The notes beneath the pieces are model-generated. The model was not told where the DNA came from. It searched no databases and was given only the letters and a program-made list of their open reading frames with translations. Positions 1 to 9,071 of a stretch of 64,000 bases of DNA are shown here, piece by piece; within the stretch, counting starts at the first letter, position 1; every line of letters starts with the position of its first letter. Made by a program: the position numbers and the translations under genes. Source of the DNA: Candidatus Gottesmanbacteria bacterium (GTDB taxonomy: Bacteria > Patescibacteriota > Microgenomatia > UBA10105 > UBA927). The stretch covers positions 13,420-77,419 of the forward strand of contig JACRMP010000015.1 in NCBI GenBank assembly GCA_016214885.1, read 5' to 3'.

Positions 1-663
1 GTTCTCGACGTAATTCCCGAAGGGGATCGCCGTTGGAAAGTATTATTGGATAAAACGGTTTTTTACCCTATGGGAGGCGGACAACCGACAGATCAGGGCA
101 TACTTTCCGGCTCGGATTGGTCCGGCAAGGTGTATCAGGTGCTGACCCGAGAGGGGGAAATTCTCCATTTTGTCGAAAGTGTTGCTCCTCCTGTAATCGG
201 GAGTGCCGTTCATGGGGTCATCGATTGGGACCGGAGGTATAAGCATATGCGGCTTCATTCAGCCGGACATGTTATTGATTTTGCCATGCATGTGTTGGGG
301 TACTCGCCGAAGCCCTTATATCCCCAGAAGGGAGATCACGGGAAAAAGCCATATATTGTTTATTCAGGTGTTACCGGATCGGATATAACCCGAGAACTAA
401 CCGACAAGAGCAACGAACTGGTGACAAAAGCAATGCCGCTCACCACTGCATTTGTACCGCTTGCCGAGCTTGAGAAAGAAGCAATTTACCTTCAGCCGGG
501 ACTGCCCGCGGATAAACCGCTCCGCAAGCTCACACTGGAAGGAGTGGGATCCGTCGCCGACGGAGGTACACAGGTGAAAAATACCAGTGAAGTGGGGTTA
601 ATTACGATTGCGTCTGTTACCGCGATGGATGATACTACAGTAGTCTCTTACTCACTGGGATAA
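1..663 (+). CDS. alaX: AlaX-like alanyl-tRNA editing protein (AlaRS editing-domain homolog), 5' end outside window
   Basis: Reading frame is open from base 1. It carries the MRLHSAGHV (HxxxH) editing motif and a GGT-containing core that aligns to the AlaRS editing domain. The CxxxH position reads DGGTQ. Confidence 0.6.
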   Translation, partial: VLDVIPEGDRRWKVLLDKTVFYPMGGGQPTDQGILSGSDWSGKVYQVLTREGEILHFVESVAPPVIGSAVHGVIDWDRRYKHMRLHSAGHVIDFAMHVLGYSPKPLYPQKGDHGKKPYIVYSGVTGSDITRELTDKSNELVTKAMPLTTAFVPLAELEKEAIYLQPGLPADKPLRKLTLEGVGSVADGGTQVKNTSEVGLITIASVTAMDDTTVVSYSLG

Positions 664-667
664 AAAT

Positions 668-1066
668 ATGTTTGTAAAATTATATTTTCTGACACTTCCT
701 GTTTTTTTCGCCATTGATCTGTTGTGGCTAGGTGTGGTGGCAAAACAATTTTACGGAAAATATCTGGGGTTTCTCATGAGTCCCTCTCCGAACTGGGCGG
801 CCGCGGTTTTATTTTATCTGCTGTTTATCGCGGGGCTTGTTTTTTTTGTTATACAGCCAGCTGTTGAGCGGGGGCAGTGGGGGTATGCGTTGGGAGCAGG
901 CATATTCTTCGGGCTTATTACATATGCTACCTATGATCTGACGAACCTTGCGACAATTAAGCAGTGGCCGTTTATTGTGACTGTCGTGGATCTAATGTGG
1001 GGCATGGTGTTATCGGGAAGTGTTTCGGTTATCGCATTTTTTGCCGCCCGGAGGATAGGGATGTGA
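668..1066 (+). CDS. small polytopic membrane protein (about 4 TM, possibly DUF2177-like)
   Basis: 132-aa hydrophobic ORF. Its stop overlaps the next gene start (ATGTGA). Confidence 0.4.
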   Translation: MFVKLYFLTLPVFFAIDLLWLGVVAKQFYGKYLGFLMSPSPNWAAAVLFYLLFIAGLVFFVIQPAVERGQWGYALGAGIFFGLITYATYDLTNLATIKQWPFIVTVVDLMWGMVLSGSVSVIAFFAARRIGM

Positions 1067-1839
1067 ACGGATATTTTTTCCTGTTTGTTGCGGTGTGCGT
1101 TTATATGTCTCTTTGGTTTGTGATTTCCCTTGTGACGAGACGCAATGATGTCGCGGACATTGCCTGGGGATTGGGATTTGTCGGTTTGTCTTGGGTGGGG
1201 TATGCGTTATCTCCCTACCAGACCTTGCCTGCGTTATTTACCACTTTGCTTGTTACTTTGTGGGGTATTCGATTGTCGTGGCATATTTTCCAGCGGAACC
1301 GTAGAAAACCGGAAGATTACCGGTATAAAGCGTGGCGTGATCAATGGGGGTCATGGTTTTATCTCCGTTCATTCCTGCAGGTATATCTTCTGCAGGGAAC
1401 ACTGCTTTACCTTATCGCGCTACCGGTAACGTATCAACATATGGTCAGGGCTTCTGGCGACTTTACGATATGGGACGGCATCGGATTTTTATTATGGGCG
1501 ACAGGGTTTTGTATGGAAGCGGTTGCTGATCAACAGCTGCGCAATTTTATTTCCCACCCCGAGAACAAAGGGAAAATAATGATGTCAGGGTTATGGCAAT
1601 ACAGCAGGCATCCCAATTATTTTGGTGAAGTATTGCAATGGTGGGGTATATATTTGTATGCAGTATCAGTCCCGGGAGGACTTCTTACGGTAATAGGACC
1701 GATTACCATTACGTTTCTTATATTATTTGTTTCGGGTATTCCTCTGTTGGAGAAGAAATATGTGGGGCGCCAGGATTTTGCCCGTTATGCGCGCCAGACC
1801 AGCATATTTATTCCGCTGCCCCCGCGGCGTATTTCATGA
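1063..1839 (+). CDS. DUF1295 / steroid-5-alpha-reductase / ICMT-like membrane protein
   Basis: Multi-TM protein with an RHPNYFGE motif near the C-terminus. GTG start overlaps the upstream stop, and its own stop overlaps the next start (ATGA). Confidence 0.55.
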   Translation: MNGYFFLFVAVCVYMSLWFVISLVTRRNDVADIAWGLGFVGLSWVGYALSPYQTLPALFTTLLVTLWGIRLSWHIFQRNRRKPEDYRYKAWRDQWGSWFYLRSFLQVYLLQGTLLYLIALPVTYQHMVRASGDFTIWDGIGFLLWATGFCMEAVADQQLRNFISHPENKGKIMMSGLWQYSRHPNYFGEVLQWWGIYLYAVSVPGGLLTVIGPITITFLILFVSGIPLLEKKYVGRQDFARYARQTSIFIPLPPRRIS

Positions 1840-2345
1840 AGCCTAAAAAAATCGTTGTAAATGACCGGATGCAGCAAGGATATAGTTACTACCGTACTGC
1901 TCCGGAAGGCAAAGATTTTGATCCGCGTTTTGTACCAGACCTGACACCAAAGCAGATGCTCGAAATGGGAGTATTCGGGGGAAAATATATGACGGATTGC
2001 CGTGATGAATTTCCAAAAAGCTGGTTTACCGGGGCAAAACTTTCTCCCAAGATTTCTGATCCCAAACTTAATTTTTTTGGTATCGGCGCCAGCCAGCCGC
2101 TCCGGGAATGGAGGAGGAAAGACTGGATTCACCCTGACGACCCCCGCGGATGGTTTCAGTGGTATTGCCGTTATTATTCAGGCCGGCGAATGCCGGAAGA
2201 AGATAACCGGCAGATTGCCCGTTGGCTGGCGATCCGGCGGCATATGGCACAGATCCGGCATAATTGTGCTCCCGGGGATTGGTCATGCCGCCCCCGTCAG
2301 CGGCAGGCGCTGCTTCACTGGGCGTATGATGCGAGGCGGATTTAG
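1836..2345 (+). CDS. conserved hypothetical cytoplasmic protein (Trp/Arg-rich, no TM)
   Basis: 169-aa ORF, translationally coupled to the upstream gene. No family could be recognised from memory. Confidence 0.4.
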   Translation: MKPKKIVVNDRMQQGYSYYRTAPEGKDFDPRFVPDLTPKQMLEMGVFGGKYMTDCRDEFPKSWFTGAKLSPKISDPKLNFFGIGASQPLREWRRKDWIHPDDPRGWFQWYCRYYSGRRMPEEDNRQIARWLAIRRHMAQIRHNCAPGDWSCRPRQRQALLHWAYDARRI

Positions 2346-2348
2346 CGG

Positions 2349-3536
2349 TTGTATAATTTGCGTTCAGCGTTTTATAATCAGCGTTATATGAATAGCGAAA
2401 CAAAACTTTTTGCCGGTATTATCGCAGCAACGTTTGTCATTATTGTAGGGGCAGCATTTTTTTTCAGCAGACCGACTAATGCCCCGAAAGTAGACCCCAA
2501 ATTATTAGTTGCAGAGGACAGCTACAAATTCGGTTCACCGTCGGCGACCGTCACCCTTGTGGAATTCGGCGATTTCCAATGCCCGGCATGCGGTGCATAC
2601 CATCTGGTCGTCAAACAACTGTTGGATAAGTACAAGGATTCACTTAGTTTAGTATTCCGGCATTTCCCCCTCAATATCCATCCAAATGCAATGCCCGCTT
2701 CCATAGCGGTAGAGGCTGCGGGTAAACAGGGTAAGTTCTGGGAAATGTATAACAAAATATACGAAAGCCAAAACGCCTGGTCATCGGAAAAGAATACAGT
2801 AAATATTTTTTCTGAGTACGCCCAGGGCTTAGGACTCAATGTCGAACAATTTAAAAAAGATCTGGAGGATAGTACACTCCGGAAAAAGATTGAACGCGAT
2901 ATGGCAGATGCGGCAAAGCTTGGTATAAATTCGACGCCGTCGTTTTATCTTAACAACGAAAGGATCCAGAATCCGGCAAGCCTGGAGGATTTTGAGACGC
3001 TCATTAAAGCGGCTATTCTCAAAGCCCCGAAACCGGAAATTTCCAGCGAAGGAGCCTATCATGCACATGCGGATATCCGTGTTGTTCTCGAGGGGAAACC
3101 CGTTGATTTTAGCCAGAGCAAATACCAGTCCAAGGAAGGCGCTGAGTTAAATGAATTTATACACTTCCATGATGGGGTAGGGAGTATATTTCATATACAT
3201 AAAAAGGGAATGCTCCTTAAGGATCTGTTCGGATCTTTGGGGATGACGCTTACCAAGGACTGTCTGACCACTGACACGAAGCAAACCTACTGCACAACAG
3301 GAGATAAAACGCTCAAGCTGTATGTCAATAATAAAGTGAGCACGTTAAATGAAATGTTTGAGCCGCAGGATCTGGACCGTATCCTCATAAGTTATGGCAC
3401 TGAAACCGGTCCGGCATTTGTAAGCCAGCTTGAAAGCGTTTCTGATGACGCATGCATCTATTCGGAGAAGTGCCCAGAGCGGGGAACCCCGCCAACTGAA
3501 GAATGTGTCGGCGGATTGGGAACAGACTGCAAATAA
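2349..3536 (+). CDS. DsbA-family thiol:disulfide oxidoreductase with a ~170-aa His/Cys-rich C-terminal extension
   Basis: N-terminal TM anchor. Thioredoxin-fold signature FGDFQCPACG...FRHFPL...GKFWE...GINSTPSFYLN, then a tail rich in HxH, HFHDG, HIH and Cys pairs. Confidence 0.7.
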   Translation: MYNLRSAFYNQRYMNSETKLFAGIIAATFVIIVGAAFFFSRPTNAPKVDPKLLVAEDSYKFGSPSATVTLVEFGDFQCPACGAYHLVVKQLLDKYKDSLSLVFRHFPLNIHPNAMPASIAVEAAGKQGKFWEMYNKIYESQNAWSSEKNTVNIFSEYAQGLGLNVEQFKKDLEDSTLRKKIERDMADAAKLGINSTPSFYLNNERIQNPASLEDFETLIKAAILKAPKPEISSEGAYHAHADIRVVLEGKPVDFSQSKYQSKEGAELNEFIHFHDGVGSIFHIHKKGMLLKDLFGSLGMTLTKDCLTTDTKQTYCTTGDKTLKLYVNNKVSTLNEMFEPQDLDRILISYGTETGPAFVSQLESVSDDACIYSEKCPERGTPPTEECVGGLGTDCK

Positions 3537-3633
3537 AAACTCGTGGCTTTTAAGGAATGAGAGCGGCGGCTGTTTTTGTCCGGTTTAGCCGGACGCCACA
3601 TCGAGAGAAAACCCTGGTGTTCTCTCGAAATGA

Positions 3634-4833
3634 CTATTCGTATCGTAACGCCTCGATGGGATCAAGTCGGGCTGCGCGTATGGCAGGGGCAACTCCGAAT
3701 ATAATACCTATTGCCGCGGAAAACCCGAATGACAGGAGCACCGACCAAGCGGTTACCGAGGTGGAGATAAACTGGCTCATAGCAAGTGACCCCAAAGCGC
3801 CCAGCCCAATGCCGATGCCTCCGCCGAATAACGACAGGATAACCGATTCGATAAGAAACTGCATGAGGATATCTTTGGGGGTTGCCCCCACTGCTTTGCG
3901 GAGACCGATTTCGCGGGTGCGCTCCGTCACCGATACCAGCATGATATTCATAATACCGATTCCTCCGACGAGGAGTGATATGCCGGCTATACCCCCGAGT
4001 GCCGCTGTGATGACACTTAAAAACTGGGTGATGGTGTCCAGAAGCTGGGTGGATTCCAGAACAGTAAACTCATCGTCTTTAAGCCGTTTGGCAAGAATGC
4101 GCTCGGCGTCCTGCTGGGCCTGTGTCACCTCGTCGGCGCTGTTTGCCTCAACAAAAATCATAAACGGCCGGTCCTGATTAAAATGGCGCATGGCAGTAGT
4201 TAACGGTATGGCGGTGAAATCATCCGCACTTCCCATAGCGCCGCCGCCGCCTTTCGATTTGATGACGCCGACTATTTCGAATTGGATTTCGTTGAGGGTA
4301 ATTTTTTTACCGACCGGGTTAACTCCCTCCCCGAACAGATCGGTCGCCGGTTTGTTACCGAGTACTATGACGCGGCGGGTGCGCTCCACGTCGTTCTGGG
4401 TAATGATGCGTCCGTATTCGGGCTCGTATTTGGCAAGGTCAAAATAGTTTTCCCAAAGCCCCCAAACTTCCGTAGATACGGTTTTGCCCCCATAGGAAAA
4501 TGTGCCGAAGCCCTGCACCATGGGGGATGCCTGTTTGATAGCATCGCTGCCGCTTTCCAGATCAGACGCATCAGACAATTCAAATTTGCTTGCCGACATC
4601 ATGGCACCCCGGGGTCCCTGACTTACGTCTACATCTCCCGCCATGACCATAATGGTATTTGAGCCTAAGCTGGCAAACTGTTCGGTGACATAGTTTTGGA
4701 GTCCTGTGCCTATAGAAACCAGTAATATCACTGATGAAACACCGATGATGATGCCGAGCATGGTGAGAAGCGACCTCACCTTGTTGGTGCGTAGGGCATT
4801 GAGCGCTAATTTGATATATTCGGCAAAGTTCAT
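3634..4833 (-). CDS. ABC transporter permease, MacB/FtsX-like
   Basis: N-terminal TM, a large periplasmic domain, then an FtsX-like 3-TM C-terminus. Translationally coupled to the ATPase gene. Confidence 0.8.
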   Translation of the reverse strand: MNFAEYIKLALNALRTNKVRSLLTMLGIIIGVSSVILLVSIGTGLQNYVTEQFASLGSNTIMVMAGDVDVSQGPRGAMMSASKFELSDASDLESGSDAIKQASPMVQGFGTFSYGGKTVSTEVWGLWENYFDLAKYEPEYGRIITQNDVERTRRVIVLGNKPATDLFGEGVNPVGKKITLNEIQFEIVGVIKSKGGGGAMGSADDFTAIPLTTAMRHFNQDRPFMIFVEANSADEVTQAQQDAERILAKRLKDDEFTVLESTQLLDTITQFLSVITAALGGIAGISLLVGGIGIMNIMLVSVTERTREIGLRKAVGATPKDILMQFLIESVILSLFGGGIGIGLGALGSLAMSQFISTSVTAWSVLLSFGFSAAIGIIFGVAPAIRAARLDPIEALRYE

Positions 4834-5522
4834 ATGCGCTTGCTTTTTCCGTCGGAAATTATTTTCCCGTCTGTAATCCGTATAATCCGTTTGGCATGAT
4901 GGGCGACATCTTCGTCATGCGTGACGAGTACAATGGTGCTCCCTTTGCGATAGAGCGACTCAAAAATATCCATAATATCCCGGCCTGATTTACTATCGAG
5001 GTTGCCCGTTGGTTCGTCGGCAAGAATAATACTCGGCCGGGAAACAAGCGCCCGGGCTATTGCGACGCGCTGCTGCTGACCTCCGGATAGCTGGGATGGA
5101 AAGTTGGACATTTTTTCTGCAAGCCCCACTTCTTTGAGCATATCGATTGCCCGCGATTTACGTTCCCGCGGCGCTACTTTGGCGTATACCAGGGGAAGCA
5201 TCACATTATCAAGGGAACTCGTGCGCCGCAGCAGATTAAACTGCTGGAATACAAATCCTATGTGGGTATTCCTGATTTCCGCCAGTTCCGCATCGTTAGC
5301 GGTGAATATGTCATGTTCTTCTATATAGACATTGCCGGAAGTCGGCCGGTCAAGACATCCGATGATATGCATGAGCGTGGATTTACCAGATCCCGAAGGG
5401 CCCATGATGGCAACAAATTCACCCTTTTTTATCGTGAGCGATACGTTATTGAGCGCCTGGAAGACAACTCCATCCATGACATATTGTTTGGAGACGTTTT
5501 TTATCCTGAGAAGGTCAGTCAT
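4830..5522 (-). CDS. ABC transporter ATP-binding protein (MacB/LolD type)
   Basis: Walker A GPSGSGKST, signature LSGGQQQRVAIARAL, Walker B ILADEPTGNLD. Confidence 0.85.
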   Translation of the reverse strand: MTDLLRIKNVSKQYVMDGVVFQALNNVSLTIKKGEFVAIMGPSGSGKSTLMHIIGCLDRPTSGNVYIEEHDIFTANDAELAEIRNTHIGFVFQQFNLLRRTSSLDNVMLPLVYAKVAPRERKSRAIDMLKEVGLAEKMSNFPSQLSGGQQQRVAIARALVSRPSIILADEPTGNLDSKSGRDIMDIFESLYRKGSTIVLVTHDEDVAHHAKRIIRITDGKIISDGKSKRI

Positions 5523-6565
5523 TTTGGAATGTTAGTAAACCCTTTGGTTACGATGAGGTCACCTTCGGCAATGCCTCCGGTGACGATGATGTCATCTTCG
5601 TTTTTGGCTCCGGTACTGATTGCCGTTTTTTCGTATTTATTGTTTATTTTTTTGTAGACAAACGAAGTACCCTTTTCTTCCCGAATGGCTTCGGTCGGCA
5701 CGGTGAGGACATCGTCCCTGCGGTCGGTGACGATCGTTATATCACCGTTTAATCCGATCCGGAGATTTTCCGGCTGATCAAATGACACCTTGACCGGGAA
5801 TACGGTAGCCCCTCCGCTGGATTGCTGGGATATGTAGGAAATATACGCAATAGTTCCTGAATATGTGGCTTCAGGGAATGCATCAAGCGTAATGGTTGCC
5901 TTTTGGCCAACAACCAGGCTCCCTACGTCTGTTTCATCGACTGTTGCCTCAAAGACCAGGCTCTTGGGGTCAGCAACGGCAAATACCGCGGCGGCCGGGG
6001 TGATATTAACTCCGGCAACCGGGGTATCTATACGAGTGATGATGCCTGCTATCGGTGTAACCAGGGAGGCGAATTCCACCGCCAAGTGTTTAAGTTCTAC
6101 ATCCAGGACGCTGGATTCCAGATCCCATTGGTTTTTTTCGAGGATTCTGCGCACGGTATCATTAAAGGCATCGCTTGGTCTTTTGCCATCATAGGTTACC
6201 CGCCAGGTTTGCTCGTAATCATTACGCTCGCTGCTGTAGGCACGGAGCGCTTTTTCAAGATTTTTTTGGACCTCGCGGCTGTCGAGGGTGGCCAGGGTTT
6301 GATAGGCGGCGACTGTATCACCTTCTTTTACCCCGACCCAAGTGAGTTTGCCTGATGTTTGGAATTTGAGTTCTACCGAGACGTCTGCTTTTGTTTTGCC
6401 GGATGATGACAGTGTTTTTGAGAAGTTTTTTCTCGTCACTTTCGCGGTTGTTATGGCTGCAGCAGCTTTTTGCGCCTGGACGCGTGAATACCAGACGATA
6501 ATCCCCGCAATCAGAACGATGACAACGAGGATAAGTTTCCAATAACGGACAAAAATACCTTTCAT
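5519..6565 (-). CDS. HlyD/MacA-type periplasmic adaptor (membrane fusion protein)
   Basis: N-terminal TM, coiled-coil region and beta-barrel-like C-terminus. It is the first gene of a three-gene minus-strand efflux operon. Confidence 0.7.
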   Translation of the reverse strand: MKGIFVRYWKLILVVIVLIAGIIVWYSRVQAQKAAAAITTAKVTRKNFSKTLSSSGKTKADVSVELKFQTSGKLTWVGVKEGDTVAAYQTLATLDSREVQKNLEKALRAYSSERNDYEQTWRVTYDGKRPSDAFNDTVRRILEKNQWDLESSVLDVELKHLAVEFASLVTPIAGIITRIDTPVAGVNITPAAAVFAVADPKSLVFEATVDETDVGSLVVGQKATITLDAFPEATYSGTIAYISYISQQSSGGATVFPVKVSFDQPENLRIGLNGDITIVTDRRDDVLTVPTEAIREEKGTSFVYKKINNKYEKTAISTGAKNEDDIIVTGGIAEGDLIVTKGFTNIPK

Positions 6566-6610
6566 GAATAAATGATAGCAGTATTACCGATCGTACGCTA
6601 TCGGATACCA

Positions 6611-6645
6611 CACAAAACCCAGCCCCGACGGGGGGGGCTGGGTGA
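6611..6645 (-). terminator. rho-independent terminator downstream of hsp20
   Basis: GC-rich 9-bp stem (CCCAGCCCC/GGGGCTGGG) followed on the minus strand by TTTTGTGTGG. Confidence 0.5.
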
Positions 6646-6693
6646 AAAACAATCCGGGGATCCGCGAAGCCAAAAAATGTCGGCGTAGGCAGA

Positions 6694-7113
6694 CTATTTC
6701 TCCTCTCTGACAGAGATTTTCTTCGGCTGCGCTTTGGGGGATTTGGTGAATGTCACCGTCATTACCCCATTTTTTACCGTGGCTGCCGGTTCCTGATTGG
6801 GATCGATGTCTCCCGGTACGGCGACGCGGTACGAAAATGAGCCAGCGGCTTTGCGGTAGAATTTTTTGTTCTTTTCTTCCGTTTTGGATTCGCCTTTTAT
6901 CCAGACAACTCCGTGGTCTACCGTTACTTCGATGTCCTGGGGATCGACGCCAGGAACTGCCGCCTGGACATAGATACTTTTCTCATCTTCCGAGAGCGAT
7001 AAGCCGCTCGGCCAGTTGGTTACTGCTCCCCAGTCTTCGTCATCTTCCCATAAGGCGGGCAGTGACGGGAGCCGGAAGTAGGAACGGGGAATTAAGTCAG
7101 TCATGTGTCTCAC
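6694..7113 (-). CDS. Hsp20/alpha-crystallin family small heat-shock protein
   Basis: 139 aa with alpha-crystallin domain pattern (AVPGVDPQDIEVTVDHGVVWIKGE...GSFSYRVAVPGDID). Strong SD sequence AAAGGAGGTG. Confidence 0.85.
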   Translation of the reverse strand: MRHMTDLIPRSYFRLPSLPALWEDDEDWGAVTNWPSGLSLSEDEKSIYVQAAVPGVDPQDIEVTVDHGVVWIKGESKTEEKNKKFYRKAAGSFSYRVAVPGDIDPNQEPAATVKNGVMTVTFTKSPKAQPKKISVREEK

Positions 7114-7142
7114 CTCCTTTTAATTTGCCCCTCTATTGGGGT

Positions 7143-7180
7143 CTAGCACTCTTATATCACGAGTGCTAAAAAGTTGTCAA
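7143..7180 (-). promoter_or_regulatory. CIRCE (HrcA operator) overlapping the hsp20 promoter
   Basis: CTAGCACTC-N9-GAGTGCTAA differs from the CIRCE consensus TTAGCACTC-N9-GAGTGCTAA by one base. On the minus strand a -35 TTGACA and -10 TATAAG flank and overlap it, 30-60 nt upstream of the hsp20 ATG. Confidence 0.7.
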
Positions 7181-7249
7181 GATAGATTTTTGGGGTATTG
7201 AAAATTTGTGTATTGCGTTACATTTGGTCATTCCTTACAATGCCTATAT

Positions 7250-8020
7250 ATGAAAGAAACACCAGTTGCCCCGCAGCCAAGATGGATAATGGTCTCACTC
7301 GTCGGTCTTCTTATGGTAGCCTCATTTCTTGTAGGATCACTCTATACAAAAGTGCAGTATCTTGAAGCAGGCGGAGCGCCGGCCGGAGGAGTAGCAGCAA
7401 AATCCAAGTATAAAACATTCGACGAGGCTATGACGGCATTGGCTAAAGATGCCAAACTTGATGCCAAGAAGCTTGTTTCGTGCATGAATAGCGGAGAAAA
7501 GAAAGCTGTTGTTGACGCGGAATCAGCAGAGGCTGCAGCTGTAGATGTAACCGGTACTCCTGCGTTTTTTATAAACGGTAAGCTACTGGGCGGAGCATTC
7601 CCGTTTGAAAGCTTTAAGGAAGTCATCGATAAAGAGCTTGCAGGAACCGGGTCAGAAAAAGTAACCGATTATTCCCAGACACTGCAGGATGCTAATAAAA
7701 GCGGCGCCTTTGATCCTAAGCCAAGAACGCTTACGATCGGTACTTCCAGCAGTAAGGGAGCGGATAAAGCACCCATAACCATTATTGAATTTTCTGATTT
7801 CCAGTGTCCGTTCTGCAGCAGGGCACACCCGACAGTCAAGCAGGTACTTAATGAGTACAAGGATAAAGTAAGATTTGTGTATAAACATATGCCGCTTGTG
7901 AGTATCCACCCGCGCGCGCATATCACCGCCCAGGCGGCTGAATGTGCCAAGGATCAGGGGAAGTTCTGGGAATTTCATGACCAGCTCTTCGAGAAGCAGA
8001 CCGATTGGTCGTCACTCTAA
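7250..8020 (+). CDS. DsbA-like thioredoxin-fold protein with apparently circularly permuted domain order
   Basis: N-terminal TM anchor. Residues ~60-130 match the C-terminal half of a DsbA domain (...VTGTPAFFINGKLLGG). The C-terminal part carries the N-terminal half (FSDFQCPFCS...FVYKHMPL...GKFWEF) and ends soon after. Start could be 7208 or 7250. Confidence 0.55.
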   Translation: MKETPVAPQPRWIMVSLVGLLMVASFLVGSLYTKVQYLEAGGAPAGGVAAKSKYKTFDEAMTALAKDAKLDAKKLVSCMNSGEKKAVVDAESAEAAAVDVTGTPAFFINGKLLGGAFPFESFKEVIDKELAGTGSEKVTDYSQTLQDANKSGAFDPKPRTLTIGTSSSKGADKAPITIIEFSDFQCPFCSRAHPTVKQVLNEYKDKVRFVYKHMPLVSIHPRAHITAQAAECAKDQGKFWEFHDQLFEKQTDWSSL

Positions 8021-8023
8021 AAC

Positions 8024-9058
8024 TTAAAATAGTTCTTCCTGTTGTTTTTTGGTGGGAGTTTTTCCCAGGTGGGCAAATGCTGAAGCGGTGGCAGATCTGC
8101 CACGGGGAGTGCGTTTCAGAAAACCTACCTGCATAAGGTATGGTTCCAGCACATCTTCTACTGTGCCGATGTCTTCAGAAAGTGCTGCAGCAAGTGTTTC
8201 TATTCCCACCGGACCGCCTGAAAATTTATCGATAAGAAGGGTGAGCAGTCTTCTGTCTGAGTTATCGAGTCCTACACTATCTACTTCATAGAGCGTAAGT
8301 GAGTGGGTAAGAATAGGCATATCAATTTTCCCGTTGCCCTCAACTTGTGCCACATCGAGCACCCGCTTGAGGAGCCGTAATGCTATCCGGGGAGTGCCCC
8401 GGCTGCGTTTGGCAAGTTCTTTCCTGGCTGTTGCGTCGAGTTCAATATCCAGTTTTTTGGCGGCTCTGGCGAGTATGTTTTCTATATCCGCGGGTTCATA
8501 AAAAGAAAGCCGGGCAACTACGCCGAAGCGGTCACGCATAGGACTGGAGAGAAGCCCCACCCGGGTGGTAGCGCCAATTATGGTAAACGGGGGAAGATCA
8601 AGGCGCAGTGTTTTGGCAGCAGGTCCTTTGCCCAGCACTATATCGAGTGCATAATCCTCCATGGCAGGATAGAGTGTTTCTTCTACCACCTTATTAAGCC
8701 TATGGATTTCATCGATAAATAAAATATCGTTGGGTTCAAGGTTAGTAAGTATTGCCGCAACATCTCCCGCGCGCTCAATGGCGGGGCCTGAGGTTACCCG
8801 GACATTAACACCAAGCTCTTTGCCGATAAGGTGCGCCATAGTGGTTTTACCAAGCCCCGGAGGTCCGTACAGGAGAATATGTTCAAGCGGCTCTTTGCGC
8901 TTTTTAGCTGCGGCAATAGCTATGTGGAGCGTGCGTTTAACCTGCTCCTGCCCGGCGAATTCCGGCCAACTGGCTGCTCTGAGGGAGACTAATAAGTTCT
9001 GCTCCTCGGGAGTTACCGTGGTTTCCAGAATATGTTCCGAAGGATTTGCTTTTTTCAT
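8024..9058 (-). CDS. ruvB: Holliday junction branch-migration helicase RuvB
   Basis: AAA+ Walker A GPPGLGKTT, FIDEIHRL and the RuvB C-terminal winged helix. Confidence 0.95.
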   Translation of the reverse strand: MKKANPSEHILETTVTPEEQNLLVSLRAASWPEFAGQEQVKRTLHIAIAAAKKRKEPLEHILLYGPPGLGKTTMAHLIGKELGVNVRVTSGPAIERAGDVAAILTNLEPNDILFIDEIHRLNKVVEETLYPAMEDYALDIVLGKGPAAKTLRLDLPPFTIIGATTRVGLLSSPMRDRFGVVARLSFYEPADIENILARAAKKLDIELDATARKELAKRSRGTPRIALRLLKRVLDVAQVEGNGKIDMPILTHSLTLYEVDSVGLDNSDRRLLTLLIDKFSGGPVGIETLAAALSEDIGTVEDVLEPYLMQVGFLKRTPRGRSATASAFAHLGKTPTKKQQEELF

Positions 9059-9071
9059 AAACGTGTTCCGG

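Noticed and set aside
3580-3625. Two hairpins (GTCCGG-N5-CCGGAC and GAGAGAA-N10-TTCTCTC) between the convergent DsbA and permease genes as rho-independent terminators
   Set aside because: Neither hairpin is followed by a U-tract on either strand. The T-run precedes rather than follows the first hairpin. They could still act as weak bidirectional terminators, but the sequence does not support it.
6587-6604. Imperfect palindrome CCGATCGTACGCTATCGG upstream of the macA-like gene as a repressor operator
   Set aside because: Only the 5-bp ends are complementary, no regulator gene is adjacent, and the region is short. The support is insufficient.
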